Positions 18,841 to 29,300 of a stretch of 64,000 bases of DNA are shown in pieces. Positions within the stretch are counted from its first letter, which is position 1, and each line of letters begins with the position of its first letter. This DNA is from Ichthyobacteriaceae bacterium (GTDB lineage: Bacteria; Bacteroidota; Bacteroidia; Flavobacteriales; Ichthyobacteriaceae), in assembly GCA_965226285.1 (NCBI GenBank), contig CBDDCQ010000001.1:119916-183915 (forward strand), read 5' to 3'. The notes beneath the pieces were generated by a model. It saw nothing but the letters and a program-made list of their open reading frames with translations. It did not search any database and was not told where the DNA came from. A program made the position numbers and the translations under genes.

Positions 18841-21666
18841 ATGATAAGAAAGGAGGATATACAAATTAGAAAGAAAACTGTTTATATAAATTATGTTGTA
18901 ATAGCGTTAATCATCGCAATTGGACAATTACAGATAATTGCATGGGCACAAGTTCCTGAAATTATCAAAAATAAACACGGTGAGAAAATAGCAAACCAAT
19001 CTACGTTGAATAAAGAAAAAAAACTACAAGCATTAAAAAATGCACCACAGCTTTATACACAAAATAATAGTACTATATATCAAAATGAAACATTAAATAA
19101 TATAGATTTTCATGTCGGTTCTATTGGTGGTGGAGCTATCCGTTTAGATGGTAAGGGACGTTTACATATTTGGCAAATTTTTAATAATCTTACTGAGTTG
19201 CCTTTGCCGGATAGTTTTTTTGCCATTCGTTGTCAAGAGAGAAATAAACCCGCAATTATTCGTCAGCTTAATACAGTAGGTCAAAAACCTTTTGTTGCGA
19301 TGCAATCAATAAAATTAGTTGGGGAATTTCCTTTTGCTACTTATCATTTTCAAGATAGTGAATTGCCTGTATCAGTTACTATGGAAGCATACAGTCCTTT
19401 TATTCCTTTGGATTTAAAAAATTCTACTTTGCCGGTGGCTATTTTTAATTTTACTATTGTTAATAATTCAAGTAAAGCACAGCAGGTTTCATTATTACAT
19501 AGTCAACAAAACGCTATTGGTTATCGCCCTGTACATGGGTATGATGGGGATAGTTGGAATAACGAATTTAATTTTGGTGAAAATTTTGGTTTAAAAAAAC
19601 ACCATTTCGTAATACAAGGAATACATTATCCACATTATGGTACTAATATCAATCAAATTAAAATTAACCCCAACTCAGTACAGACTTTACTATCTAGTCA
19701 ATTACCTGTTAAGCATCCTGATCATGCTACTTTAGCTACTGCATTATTGTCTGAACATAAAAATGTAGTCTTTACAGGTAAAAATGCTTGGCATGATATC
19801 AATCAACTATACAGTTTATGGAAAAAACACGGTGCATTTTCTAAGCAAAATTCTCGTAGTGCTCCTTCACCGAAAGGTCAAACTCATAATGTAGCTACAA
19901 ATGCACAATTTACTTTGCAAGCGAAAGCAAGCCTAAAAGTAACCGCTATCATAGCATGGCATGCCCCTAATGGATCGAATGGAGGTATTATTAATGCTAA
20001 ATGGTCTGAACCTGCTTGGGGAGGTAGAGATGTACAAGGTAAAGGTTGGGGTGGTAAGGGTAATGCTTATCAGCAATATTGGAGTAATGCTCAACAAGTA
20101 TTAAATTATGCCCAAAGACATTTAATTGAAAATGAAAACAATACCCGCAATTTTCATCGTGCTTTGTATAGCACTTCGTTGCCGTATTGGATGAAAGATC
20201 GTTTTTCTAGTCAGCTAGCGATATTGACAAGTAAAACACTATTTTGGACTGCAGATGATTATGTAGGTGGCTGGGAAGGTACTGGACCGGGTGATGGTTC
20301 TTGTGCAGGTAATTGCGGTCATGTTTGGCATTATGCTCAAAGTCATGCGAGATTATTCCCCTATTTAGCTCGTAGAATGCTCGAGCAGCAATTTTTCTAT
20401 CAAAAACCTAATGGAGCTATACCTTATCGTCAACCGGCAGGTGATGCTTCGGCAGATTGTCAAGCTGCTAGTATATTACAAGCCTACCGTGAACATTTAT
20501 TGCAAACTGATGAGCAATGGTTAAAACAATATTTTCCTGCCATTAAAAAAGCAATGAATTATTTTATCAATACCTGGGATGCCGACCGTGATGGAAGGCT
20601 TAGTGGATCTCAGCATACAACTTTAGATTGTGCTATTGGAGGTAATAGTTCTTGGATAGGTTCACTTTACGCTGCTGCACTTAAAGCGGGTAGTAAAATG
20701 GCAATGCTTTGTGGTGATAAACAAAATGCTAAACTATGGGATATATTAGCCAATAAAGCTATTCAATCACATACTCAAGAATTGTTTAATGGGGAATATT
20801 TTATTCAAAAACCACAACAGCGTTCTTTTAGAGATTACCATGACGGTTGTCTATTAGATCAAATGTTAGGTCAATGGTGGGCGTACCAATTAGGTTTAGG
20901 AATATTGTATCCACCTAAGCAATTTGTTAGTGCTATGCAATCGATATTTAAATATAATTTTCGTCCTGATTTTAAAGGTATTCGTCAAGTTCCACGCGAA
21001 TTTGTTCAAGAAGAAGATGCGGGTATGCAAATAATTACTTGGCCAAAAGGTAAAAGACCGAATGCACATACCGCTTATGCGGATGAAGTGATGAGTGGTT
21101 TTGAATATGCAACCATAGCGAATATGGTATATGCAGGATTAAAAGAACAAGCCTTTGTTTGTGCTAAGGCTATTGCAGATCGTTATGACGGAAGATTGCG
21201 ACAAGGTTACCGTGGTGCTTGGGGTAATTGGGGGTTTAGTGGTAATCCATTTGGTGATGATGAGTGTGGCAAAATGTATAGTAGAGCGTTATCCAATTGG
21301 AGTATTTTATTAGCTTATCAAGGATTTACTTATGATGGACCAAAACAAGCTATTGGTTTTATGCCAGCCTTCAAAGAAAAGAAACATCGTTCTTTTTTCA
21401 GTACTGCACAAGGTTGGGGGACTTTCCAGCAGTTGCAACAAGAAAGTAAAACTTTAGTTGAGATACAATTAGACTATGGTCAATTGAATCTTAAACAACT
21501 TAAATTAGCTGTTGACGTTCATAAAAAAATTAGTACAATTGCCGTTAAACAGCAAGGCAAGCCATTGCCTATACAATATAATCAGCAAGGTAATAGGTTA
21601 CACATTAGCTTACAAACGCAGTTAAAAGCTAACACTCGTTTAAAAATTACTATTCATTACAAATAA
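18841..21666 (+). CDS. Glycoside hydrolase family 116-like (GBA2-type beta-glucosidase/glucosylceramidase)
   Basis: 941 aa. The N-terminal part is GBA2-like (GSIGGGAIRLDGKGRLHIWQIFNN). The catalytic (alpha/alpha)6 region has GDGSCAGNCGHVWHYAQS. Confidence 0.75.
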   Translation: MIRKEDIQIRKKTVYINYVVIALIIAIGQLQIIAWAQVPEIIKNKHGEKIANQSTLNKEKKLQALKNAPQLYTQNNSTIYQNETLNNIDFHVGSIGGGAIRLDGKGRLHIWQIFNNLTELPLPDSFFAIRCQERNKPAIIRQLNTVGQKPFVAMQSIKLVGEFPFATYHFQDSELPVSVTMEAYSPFIPLDLKNSTLPVAIFNFTIVNNSSKAQQVSLLHSQQNAIGYRPVHGYDGDSWNNEFNFGENFGLKKHHFVIQGIHYPHYGTNINQIKINPNSVQTLLSSQLPVKHPDHATLATALLSEHKNVVFTGKNAWHDINQLYSLWKKHGAFSKQNSRSAPSPKGQTHNVATNAQFTLQAKASLKVTAIIAWHAPNGSNGGIINAKWSEPAWGGRDVQGKGWGGKGNAYQQYWSNAQQVLNYAQRHLIENENNTRNFHRALYSTSLPYWMKDRFSSQLAILTSKTLFWTADDYVGGWEGTGPGDGSCAGNCGHVWHYAQSHARLFPYLARRMLEQQFFYQKPNGAIPYRQPAGDASADCQAASILQAYREHLLQTDEQWLKQYFPAIKKAMNYFINTWDADRDGRLSGSQHTTLDCAIGGNSSWIGSLYAAALKAGSKMAMLCGDKQNAKLWDILANKAIQSHTQELFNGEYFIQKPQQRSFRDYHDGCLLDQMLGQWWAYQLGLGILYPPKQFVSAMQSIFKYNFRPDFKGIRQVPREFVQEEDAGMQIITWPKGKRPNAHTAYADEVMSGFEYATIANMVYAGLKEQAFVCAKAIADRYDGRLRQGYRGAWGNWGFSGNPFGDDECGKMYSRALSNWSILLAYQGFTYDGPKQAIGFMPAFKEKKHRSFFSTAQGWGTFQQLQQESKTLVEIQLDYGQLNLKQLKLAVDVHKKISTIAVKQQGKPLPIQYNQQGNRLHISLQTQLKANTRLKITIHYK

Positions 21667-21725
21667 AATCTTATACTTTAAAAGACAATTCACAACTCTT
21701 ATTTCTAACACTCATAGACAAACTT

Positions 21726-21907
21726 GTTGTAAATTGCTTTCAAAATCATATCTTTGCGGAGTATTCGCAACATAAGTAGTAGATTTTTTCAATGATAAGT
21801 TGTGAATTGCTTTCAAAATTTGTATCTTTTCAGAGTATTCGAAATCATTAATCATTATACCGTTGTAATTTGCTTTCAAAATTGTATCTTTGCAGAGTAT
21901 TCGCAAA
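21726..21907 (+). CRISPR. Degenerate 3-repeat CRISPR remnant
   Basis: Three decayed copies of the main repeat lie at 21726-21771, 21799-21845 and 21862-21907, in the same orientation. The spacers between them are 27 and 16 nt. Confidence 0.85.
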
Positions 21908-22011
21908 ATTGATAATAATAGTCAAAAAGATAAATATTTGATGGATATTTTATATTTTATTATTTCAAATGAAGATGATATTTGAAGAAAACAAAAATTT
22001 AATATATAATT

Positions 22012-23265
22012 TTAATTTTCTATAATATCCAATAGGTCTTTAGCGGATATGCTATTGTCGTATTGCATTTTGTGAGGTTCTTTTGTTTGTATTTCTTTGG
22101 GTATATTTTTTAGTAGCTTATCAAACTGCTGTGAATTTAAATTCTCTACAAAAGAGGCAAATTGATCGGATTCAGGGTTGGGTTCTATAGTTTTTCTATA
22201 TATTTTGGCAATTGATTTGAGCATGTACAAATAAGGATTTAAACTGGTAGTAGTAGAAGATTTGTCGCTATCTATCCAAGATATGGCTACTTTTTCTATA
22301 CAATTCTTGCTAATTAATTCAGATTTTAATAGAAGTTCTATATCAAATGCAAATTTTGTTTCTATTATTTGTCCTTTTGTGAGTATTTCTGTTAAGATTT
22401 CTTTTTTAAATGCTTTGAAACCACATTGGGAGTCTATTATATAATTTAGGTTTGGGATTAGTTTTTTCCAGATGAATATAAACATTTTTCCCCTATCGTT
22501 TCGGTTAGCTTTCTTTATAAGCATAGATTTTTTTTCTCTACGAGAGCCTATAGCTACTAATTTATTTTTGTTTAGTATAGGATCTATCAATAATCCTATT
22601 TGACCTAAATGTGTTGAGGTATCAGCATCAGTATATATATATATTAGTATATGATTTTTATCTTTACTATTTGTAATTGCGTGCCATAAGCCATATATTA
22701 TGGATCCTCCTTTTTGGCTTTGTTTTGTGCTATGCAATCCTTTGAAAATTTCTAATTTGTTTTCTATAGCTTCTTGCAAGAAAATAACCTTAACCTTATC
22801 ATTCCAATTATTTTCTTTTATTATATCTTTAGCTATTTTACCACTATTTTCTGGGCAGCCATCATCTACCAATATTATCTCCCAACTAAAGTTAGGATTA
22901 TTTTTGAAAAGCCAGTTTATTTGATGCATTTTTTCATTTAAAAAATCTTCTCCATGTGGATGTTCTTGGCTTGTTTTTATCCTGTTATGTTCTTTGTATA
23001 AGGCAATTATTATAGGAATTTTTATGGGTTTGGGGTATTTGTTTACTATATGTTTTGATTTGGCAATTTTTATAGCAGTTAATATAAATACAAGGGAATG
23101 ATCTTTTTTATTTATCAAGTAATCTTCTATTTTTTCTATATTAGAGTAGCTTTTGTAATGATCCAATATTTTTGTTGCTATTAGAGTTATTAGGGTAGAA
23201 TGTTGTTTGCTTGTAAGGTCTATGTATTTAGGACATAGTTTTATTAGCGTATTTATATTTTCCAT
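22012..23265 (-). CDS. Family 2 glycosyltransferase, ALG5/dolichyl-phosphate glucosyltransferase-like
   Basis: Motifs ILVDDGCPENS, YTDADTST, AIGSRRE, IIDSQCGFKAF and FAFDIELL. The start is set at ATG 23265 (MENINTL), because the longer ORF to 23352 runs into the first CRISPR repeat. Confidence 0.8.
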   Translation of the reverse strand: MENINTLIKLCPKYIDLTSKQHSTLITLIATKILDHYKSYSNIEKIEDYLINKKDHSLVFILTAIKIAKSKHIVNKYPKPIKIPIIIALYKEHNRIKTSQEHPHGEDFLNEKMHQINWLFKNNPNFSWEIILVDDGCPENSGKIAKDIIKENNWNDKVKVIFLQEAIENKLEIFKGLHSTKQSQKGGSIIYGLWHAITNSKDKNHILIYIYTDADTSTHLGQIGLLIDPILNKNKLVAIGSRREKKSMLIKKANRNDRGKMFIFIWKKLIPNLNYIIDSQCGFKAFKKEILTEILTKGQIIETKFAFDIELLLKSELISKNCIEKVAISWIDSDKSSTTTSLNPYLYMLKSIAKIYRKTIEPNPESDQFASFVENLNSQQFDKLLKNIPKEIQTKEPHKMQYDNSISAKDLLDIIEN

Positions 23266-23335
23266 AAGTATTAAATATTTTTTTGATAAATTAATTATGG
23301 AGTATTGCAAATTTACAACAAAATAATTTAAATAA

Positions 23336-26300
23336 GTTGTAAATTGCTTCAAAATTTGTATCTTTGCGGAGTATTCGCAACGTTACTTTTGTGTTGTTCG
23401 GCTGAAGTTTAGTTGTAAATTGCTTCAAAATTTGTATCTTTGCGGAGTATTCGCAACGATGGCATAATGATAAAGTTTGCATCCCTGGTTGTAAATTGCT
23501 TCAAAATTTGTATCTTTGCGGAGTATTCGCAACAAATTCGGAACATTATTTATCATGATATGGTTGTAAATTGCTTCAAAATTTGTATCTTTGCGGAGTA
23601 TTCGCAACCAAAGGAGGGTAAAGGAGCTAAGGGTTTAAGTTGTAAATTGCTTCAAAATTTGTATCTTTGCGGAGTATTCGCAACCTGAAAATAATGACAT
23701 CTTAATTACATAGTTGTAAATTGCTTCAAAATTTGTATCTTTGCGGAGTATTCGCAACTTATTATCGGCATTGTATTTTATATTACCGGTTGTAAATTGC
23801 TTCAAAATTTGTATCTTTGCGGAGTATTCGCAACAGTTTTCTATTGTTTCTAAGAACGGGGCAGTTGTAAATTGCTTCAAAATTTGTATCTTTGCGGAGT
23901 ATTCGCAACCTATTTCTTTACCTCTAAAACCTGCCTTTAGTTGTAAATTGCTTCAAAATTTGTATCTTTGCGGAGTATTCGCAACATAGTAATTATACTT
24001 ATGTTTGCCAAATCAGTTGTAAATTGCTTCAAAATTTGTATCTTTGCGGAGTATTCGCAACTTATATTGAATGAATACTACTACTTGATAGTTGTAAATT
24101 GCTTCAAAATTTGTATCTTTGCGGAGTATTCGCAACTACTGAATATCCCTAATAAAATACTACTATGTTGTAAATTGCTTCAAAATTTGTATCTTTGCGG
24201 AGTATTCGCAACTCCGTATATGTGGTATGATTTCTTAGTGTAGTTGTAAATTGCTTCAAAATTTGTATCTTTGCGGAGTATTCGCAACTGCCTTTGTAAA
24301 GGGCAAAGCAAGTTGGGAGTTGTAAATTGCTTCAAAATTTGTATCTTTGCGGAGTATTCGCAACTGCCTTTGTAAAGGGCAAAGCAAGTTGGGAGTTGTA
24401 AATTGCTTCAAAATTTGTATCTTTGCGGAGTATTCGCAACTTTCAGTTAGGATTTGGAAAACTGCGAAAAGTTGTAAATTGCTTCAAAATTTGTATCTTT
24501 GCGGAGTATTCGCAACTAATACGAAAAAGGTAGTAACTTCTGCGGGTTGTAAATTGCTTCAAAATTTGTATCTTTGCGGAGTATTCGCAACAATTCGCAT
24601 GGTTGGGATGATGTCGTAATCGTTGTAAATTGCTTCAAAATTTGTATCTTTGCGGAGTATTCGCAACTTCGGTAAATTTATGTAAATAGTTATAGCAGTT
24701 GTAAATTGCTTCAAAATTTGTATCTTTGCGGAGTATTCGCAACCCAAGTCAAAAGCATATCAACTACGGGCTAGTTGTAAATTGCTTCAAAATTTGTATC
24801 TTTGCGGAGTATTCGCAACTGTAAATTGTTCAAACGTGCCATCTACATTGTTGTAAATTGCTTCAAAATTTGTATCTTTGCGGAGTATTCGCAACAAATT
24901 ATGGAAACATATAAAGATGCAAATGGTTGTAAATTGCTTCAAAATTTGTATCTTTGCGGAGTATTCGCAACAAGAAGGTTTTAGAGAATGAAATATCTGC
25001 GGTTGTAAATTGCTTCAAAATTTGTATCTTTGCGGAGTATTCGCAACTAACCAAACAGGAGATAGAAGAATTAACTAGTTGTAAATTGCTTCAAAATTTG
25101 TATCTTTGCGGAGTATTCGCAACAAGAAGTTAGGAAAACTACCTATGACGCATGTTGTAAATTGCTTCAAAATTTGTATCTTTGCGGAGTATTCGCAACG
25201 CAAGCAAGCAGGCAAGCAAGCAGGCAAGCGTTGTAAATTGCTTCAAAATTTGTATCTTTGCGGAGTATTCGCAACTAAAATACCTAATCAAAAAACACCT
25301 ATAGGTTGTAAATTGCTTCAAAATTTGTATCTTTGCGGAGTATTCGCAACGAAAGAAAGTAAGTAATTTGAGGAGAGGGGGTTGTAAATTGCTTCAAAAT
25401 TTGTATCTTTGCGGAGTATTCGCAACTTTTTAATAAAATATGAAAGCAACATTAATGTTGTAAATTGCTTCAAAATTTGTATCTTTGCGGAGTATTCGCA
25501 ACTTAATATTGTTTGCCTTCTACCTCCTGTAAGTTGTAAATTGCTTCAAAATTTGTATCTTTGCGGAGTATTCGCAACATATATTTGAGATAGTACATGC
25601 AACGGGGTGTTGTAAATTGCTTCAAAATTTGTATCTTTGCGGAGTATTCGCAACAAATATGAGCCACAGAAACGCCCCTTAAAGGTTGTAAATTGCTTCA
25701 AAATTTGTATCTTTGCGGAGTATTCGCAACCAGTCTTAATATTAACTCTTAATGTATCAGTAGTTGTAAATTGCTTCAAAATTTGTATCTTTGCGGAGTA
25801 TTCGCAACACACACCTTATTCTTACCTTCCAAGAAAGTGTTGTAAATTGCTTCAAAATTTGTATCTTTGCGGAGTATTCGCAAACAATGGTGATTTTAGG
25901 AGTGCTGAGAGTATAGTTGTAAATTGCTTCAAAATTTGTATCTTTGCGGAGTATTCGCAACCTGAGCACTCTTAAACTGCATATTATGCGTGTTGTAAAT
26001 TGCTTCAAAATTTGTATCTTTGCGGAGTATTCGCAACTACAGGAGTAGCAATTATAGTCTTATCATTGTTGTAAATTGCTTCAAAATTTGTATCTTTGCG
26101 GAGTATTCGCAACACTAGTCGTTAATATCTGTTACCGTGTATGGTTGTAAATTGCTTCAAAATTTGTATCTTTGCGGAGTATTCGCAACATCGTATGGAA
26201 AATCCTGTTTTAGCACTTAGCGTTGTAAATTGCTTCAAAATTTGTATCTTTGCGGAGTATTCGCAACTATTTTGATATTATTTCTTCTTGTGAAATGTTG

Positions 26301-29300
26301 TAAATTGCTTCAAAATTTGTATCTTTGCGGAGTATTCGCAACCTTCATTGATTAAATAATAAAATATCTAAAGTTGTAAATTGCTTCAAAATTTGTATCT
26401 TTGCGGAGTATTCGCAACAAATTACAATAATCCTGTTCAAAAACTACGTTGTAAATTGCTTCAAAATTTGTATCTTTGCGGAGTATTCGCAACTCTTTAT
26501 AATCTAAAGGTATAGGGGGCTCAGGTTGTAAATTGCTTCAAAATTTGTATCTTTGCGGAGTATTCGCAACTTTTAGAGAAAAACACAAATGATTATGGTA
26601 GTTGTAAATTGCTTCAAAATTTGTATCTTTGCGGAGTATTCGCAACTGAGTGTGCGCTTTGTTACGAGAGTTTAGAGTTGTAAATTGCTTCAAAATTTGT
26701 ATCTTTGCGGAGTATTCGCAACATTATTCATATTTAAATATTTTTTTAATTAGTTGTAAATTGCTTCAAAATTTGTATCTTTGCGGAGTATTCGCAACTG
26801 TACCCAAGTATTGCATCAAAAGAACGAGTTGTAAATTGCTTCAAAATTTGTATCTTTGCGGAGTATTCGCAACTACCATTTATAATTGGTGAAAGGTCAT
26901 TCAGTTGTAAATTGCTTCAAAATTTGTATCTTTGCGGAGTATTCGCAACAGTAAGACTACTGCTATCACCAACCTCACTGTTGTAAATTGCTTCAAAATT
27001 TGTATCTTTGCGGAGTATTCGCAACTTGCAGAAGGAATTTAATTTTATAAACGCAGTTGTAAATTGCTTCAAAATTTGTATCTTTGCGGAGTATTCGCAA
27101 CCTTTAAGCCAATTATGATATTTATGAGAAAGTTGTAAATTGCTTCAAAATTTGTATCTTTGCGGAGTATTCGCAACTTATTAATCATCATTTTATGTCA
27201 TCATAGGGTTGTAAATTGCTTCAAAATTTGTATCTTTGCGGAGTATTCGCAACAAAAACAACAGAGAGAAGGTGGTGTTGATTGTTGTAAATTGCTTCAA
27301 AATTTGTATCTTTGCGGAGTATTCGCAACTCACTATAATGAACAGTGACACCATATTTAGTTGTAAATTGCTTCAAAATTTGTATCTTTGCGGAGTATTC
27401 GCAACATATAAGAGGCGATTTAATGTTATCGTATAGTTGTAAATTGCTTCAAAATTTGTATCTTTGCGGAGTATTCGCAACAAACAGGGATATTTGGATA
27501 TATGGTTTAGGGTTGTAAATTGCTTCAAAATTTGTATCTTTGCGGAGTATTCGCAACTGATTTTTTAAAATAAAATGACAAATGTAGTTGTAAATTGCTT
27601 CAAAATTTGTATCTTTGCGGAGTATTCGCAACAAAAATTATATGAACTTATTTTTGAAATAAGTTGTAAATTGCTTCAAAATTTGTATCTTTGCGGAGTA
27701 TTCGCAACTTTATTGATAGAAGAATAATGTACACTTTAGTTGTAAATTGCTTCAAAATTTGTATCTTTGCGGAGTATTCGCAACACAATTTTAGATATGG
27801 TGATAGAATATTAGGTTGTAAATTGCTTCAAAATTTGTATCTTTGCGGAGTATTCGCAACTAAGAAGTCAACAAATACAAGTGATTAAGGTTGTAAATTG
27901 CTTCAAAATTTGTATCTTTGCGGAGTATTCGCAACAATAATAAAAGACAACACCAAAGATACAGGTTGTAAATTGCTTCAAAATTTGTATCTTTGCGGAG
28001 TATTCGCAACCACCATTTAATAGTTTAAATTCATCTCTTAGTTGTAAATTGCTTCAAAATTTGTATCTTTGCGGAGTATTCGCAACATTTAAAATTATAA
28101 TATTGATGTAATTTAGTTGTAAATTGCTTCAAAATTTGTATCTTTGCGGAGTATTCGCAACTTATTTTACATAAGACGGTGACGCAATGCCTATAGGTTG
28201 TAAATTGCTTCAAAATTTGTATCTTTGCGGAGTATTCGCAACAATATGTTATTTCAAAATGTGGTTATCAAAAATTAGGTTGTAAATTGCTTCAAAATTT
28301 GTATCTTTGCGGAGTATTCGCAACAGAGGCAATTACATCGTTCTTAGGGACTATTTTAGTTGTAAATTGCTTCAAAATTTGTATCTTTGCGGAGTATTCG
28401 CAACATATGATAGTTCATTAGTAACTGAATCCGCCTATTAGTTGTAAATTGCTTCAAAATTTGTATCTTTGCGGAGTATTCGCAACTAATATCTTAGCAA
28501 AGATAAGATACTTGTATTGAGGTTGTAAATTGCTTCAAAATTTGTATCTTTGCGGAGTATTCGCAACAAATAAGGCTCGTAATTATCCCTTGCCTACTGT
28601 TAGTTGTAAATTGCTTCAAAATTTGTATCTTTGCGGAGTATTCGCAACATGGAAGTGGCATCATCAGTGATTAATAAAACCATTGTTGTAAATTGCTTCA
28701 AAATTTGTATCTTTGCGGAGTATTCGCAACAGGGCTTTGGAGATATAATTTAGCATAGTACAGGGTTGTAAATTGCTTCAAAATTTGTATCTTTGCGGAG
28801 TATTCGCAACTATCCGTGTAGCTTTCTTTATAGAAGCATCTTAGAGTTGTAAATTGCTTCAAAATTTGTATCTTTGCGGAGTATTCGCAACAATAACTAT
28901 GCAACAACTAGAGGAGGTCTAGCCTTTGTTGTAAATTGCTTCAAAATTTGTATCTTTGCGGAGTATTCGCAACAACTCAAGGAAATACCCAATTTAGAAA
29001 CTATAGGTACTGTTGTAAATTGCTTCAAAATTTGTATCTTTGCGGAGTATTCGCAACGTTTGCTTCAAATGAATATTTAGAAGATATGTTGTAAATTGCT
29101 TCAAAATTTGTATCTTTGCGGAGTATTCGCAACAATGAGGAAAATAAGGGGCGCGAAAAGTGTGTTGTAAATTGCTTCAAAATTTGTATCTTTGCGGAGT
29201 ATTCGCAACATCATAAGAAATAAATACAGCAGTAGATGGTTGTAAATTGCTTCAAAATTTGTATCTTTGCGGAGTATTCGCAACCCGCCTCCTCAGCAGT

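Noticed and set aside
21712-21906. 64-aa minus-strand ORF.
   Set aside because: It lies entirely within the three degenerate CRISPR repeats and shows the same repeat-derived peptide pattern.
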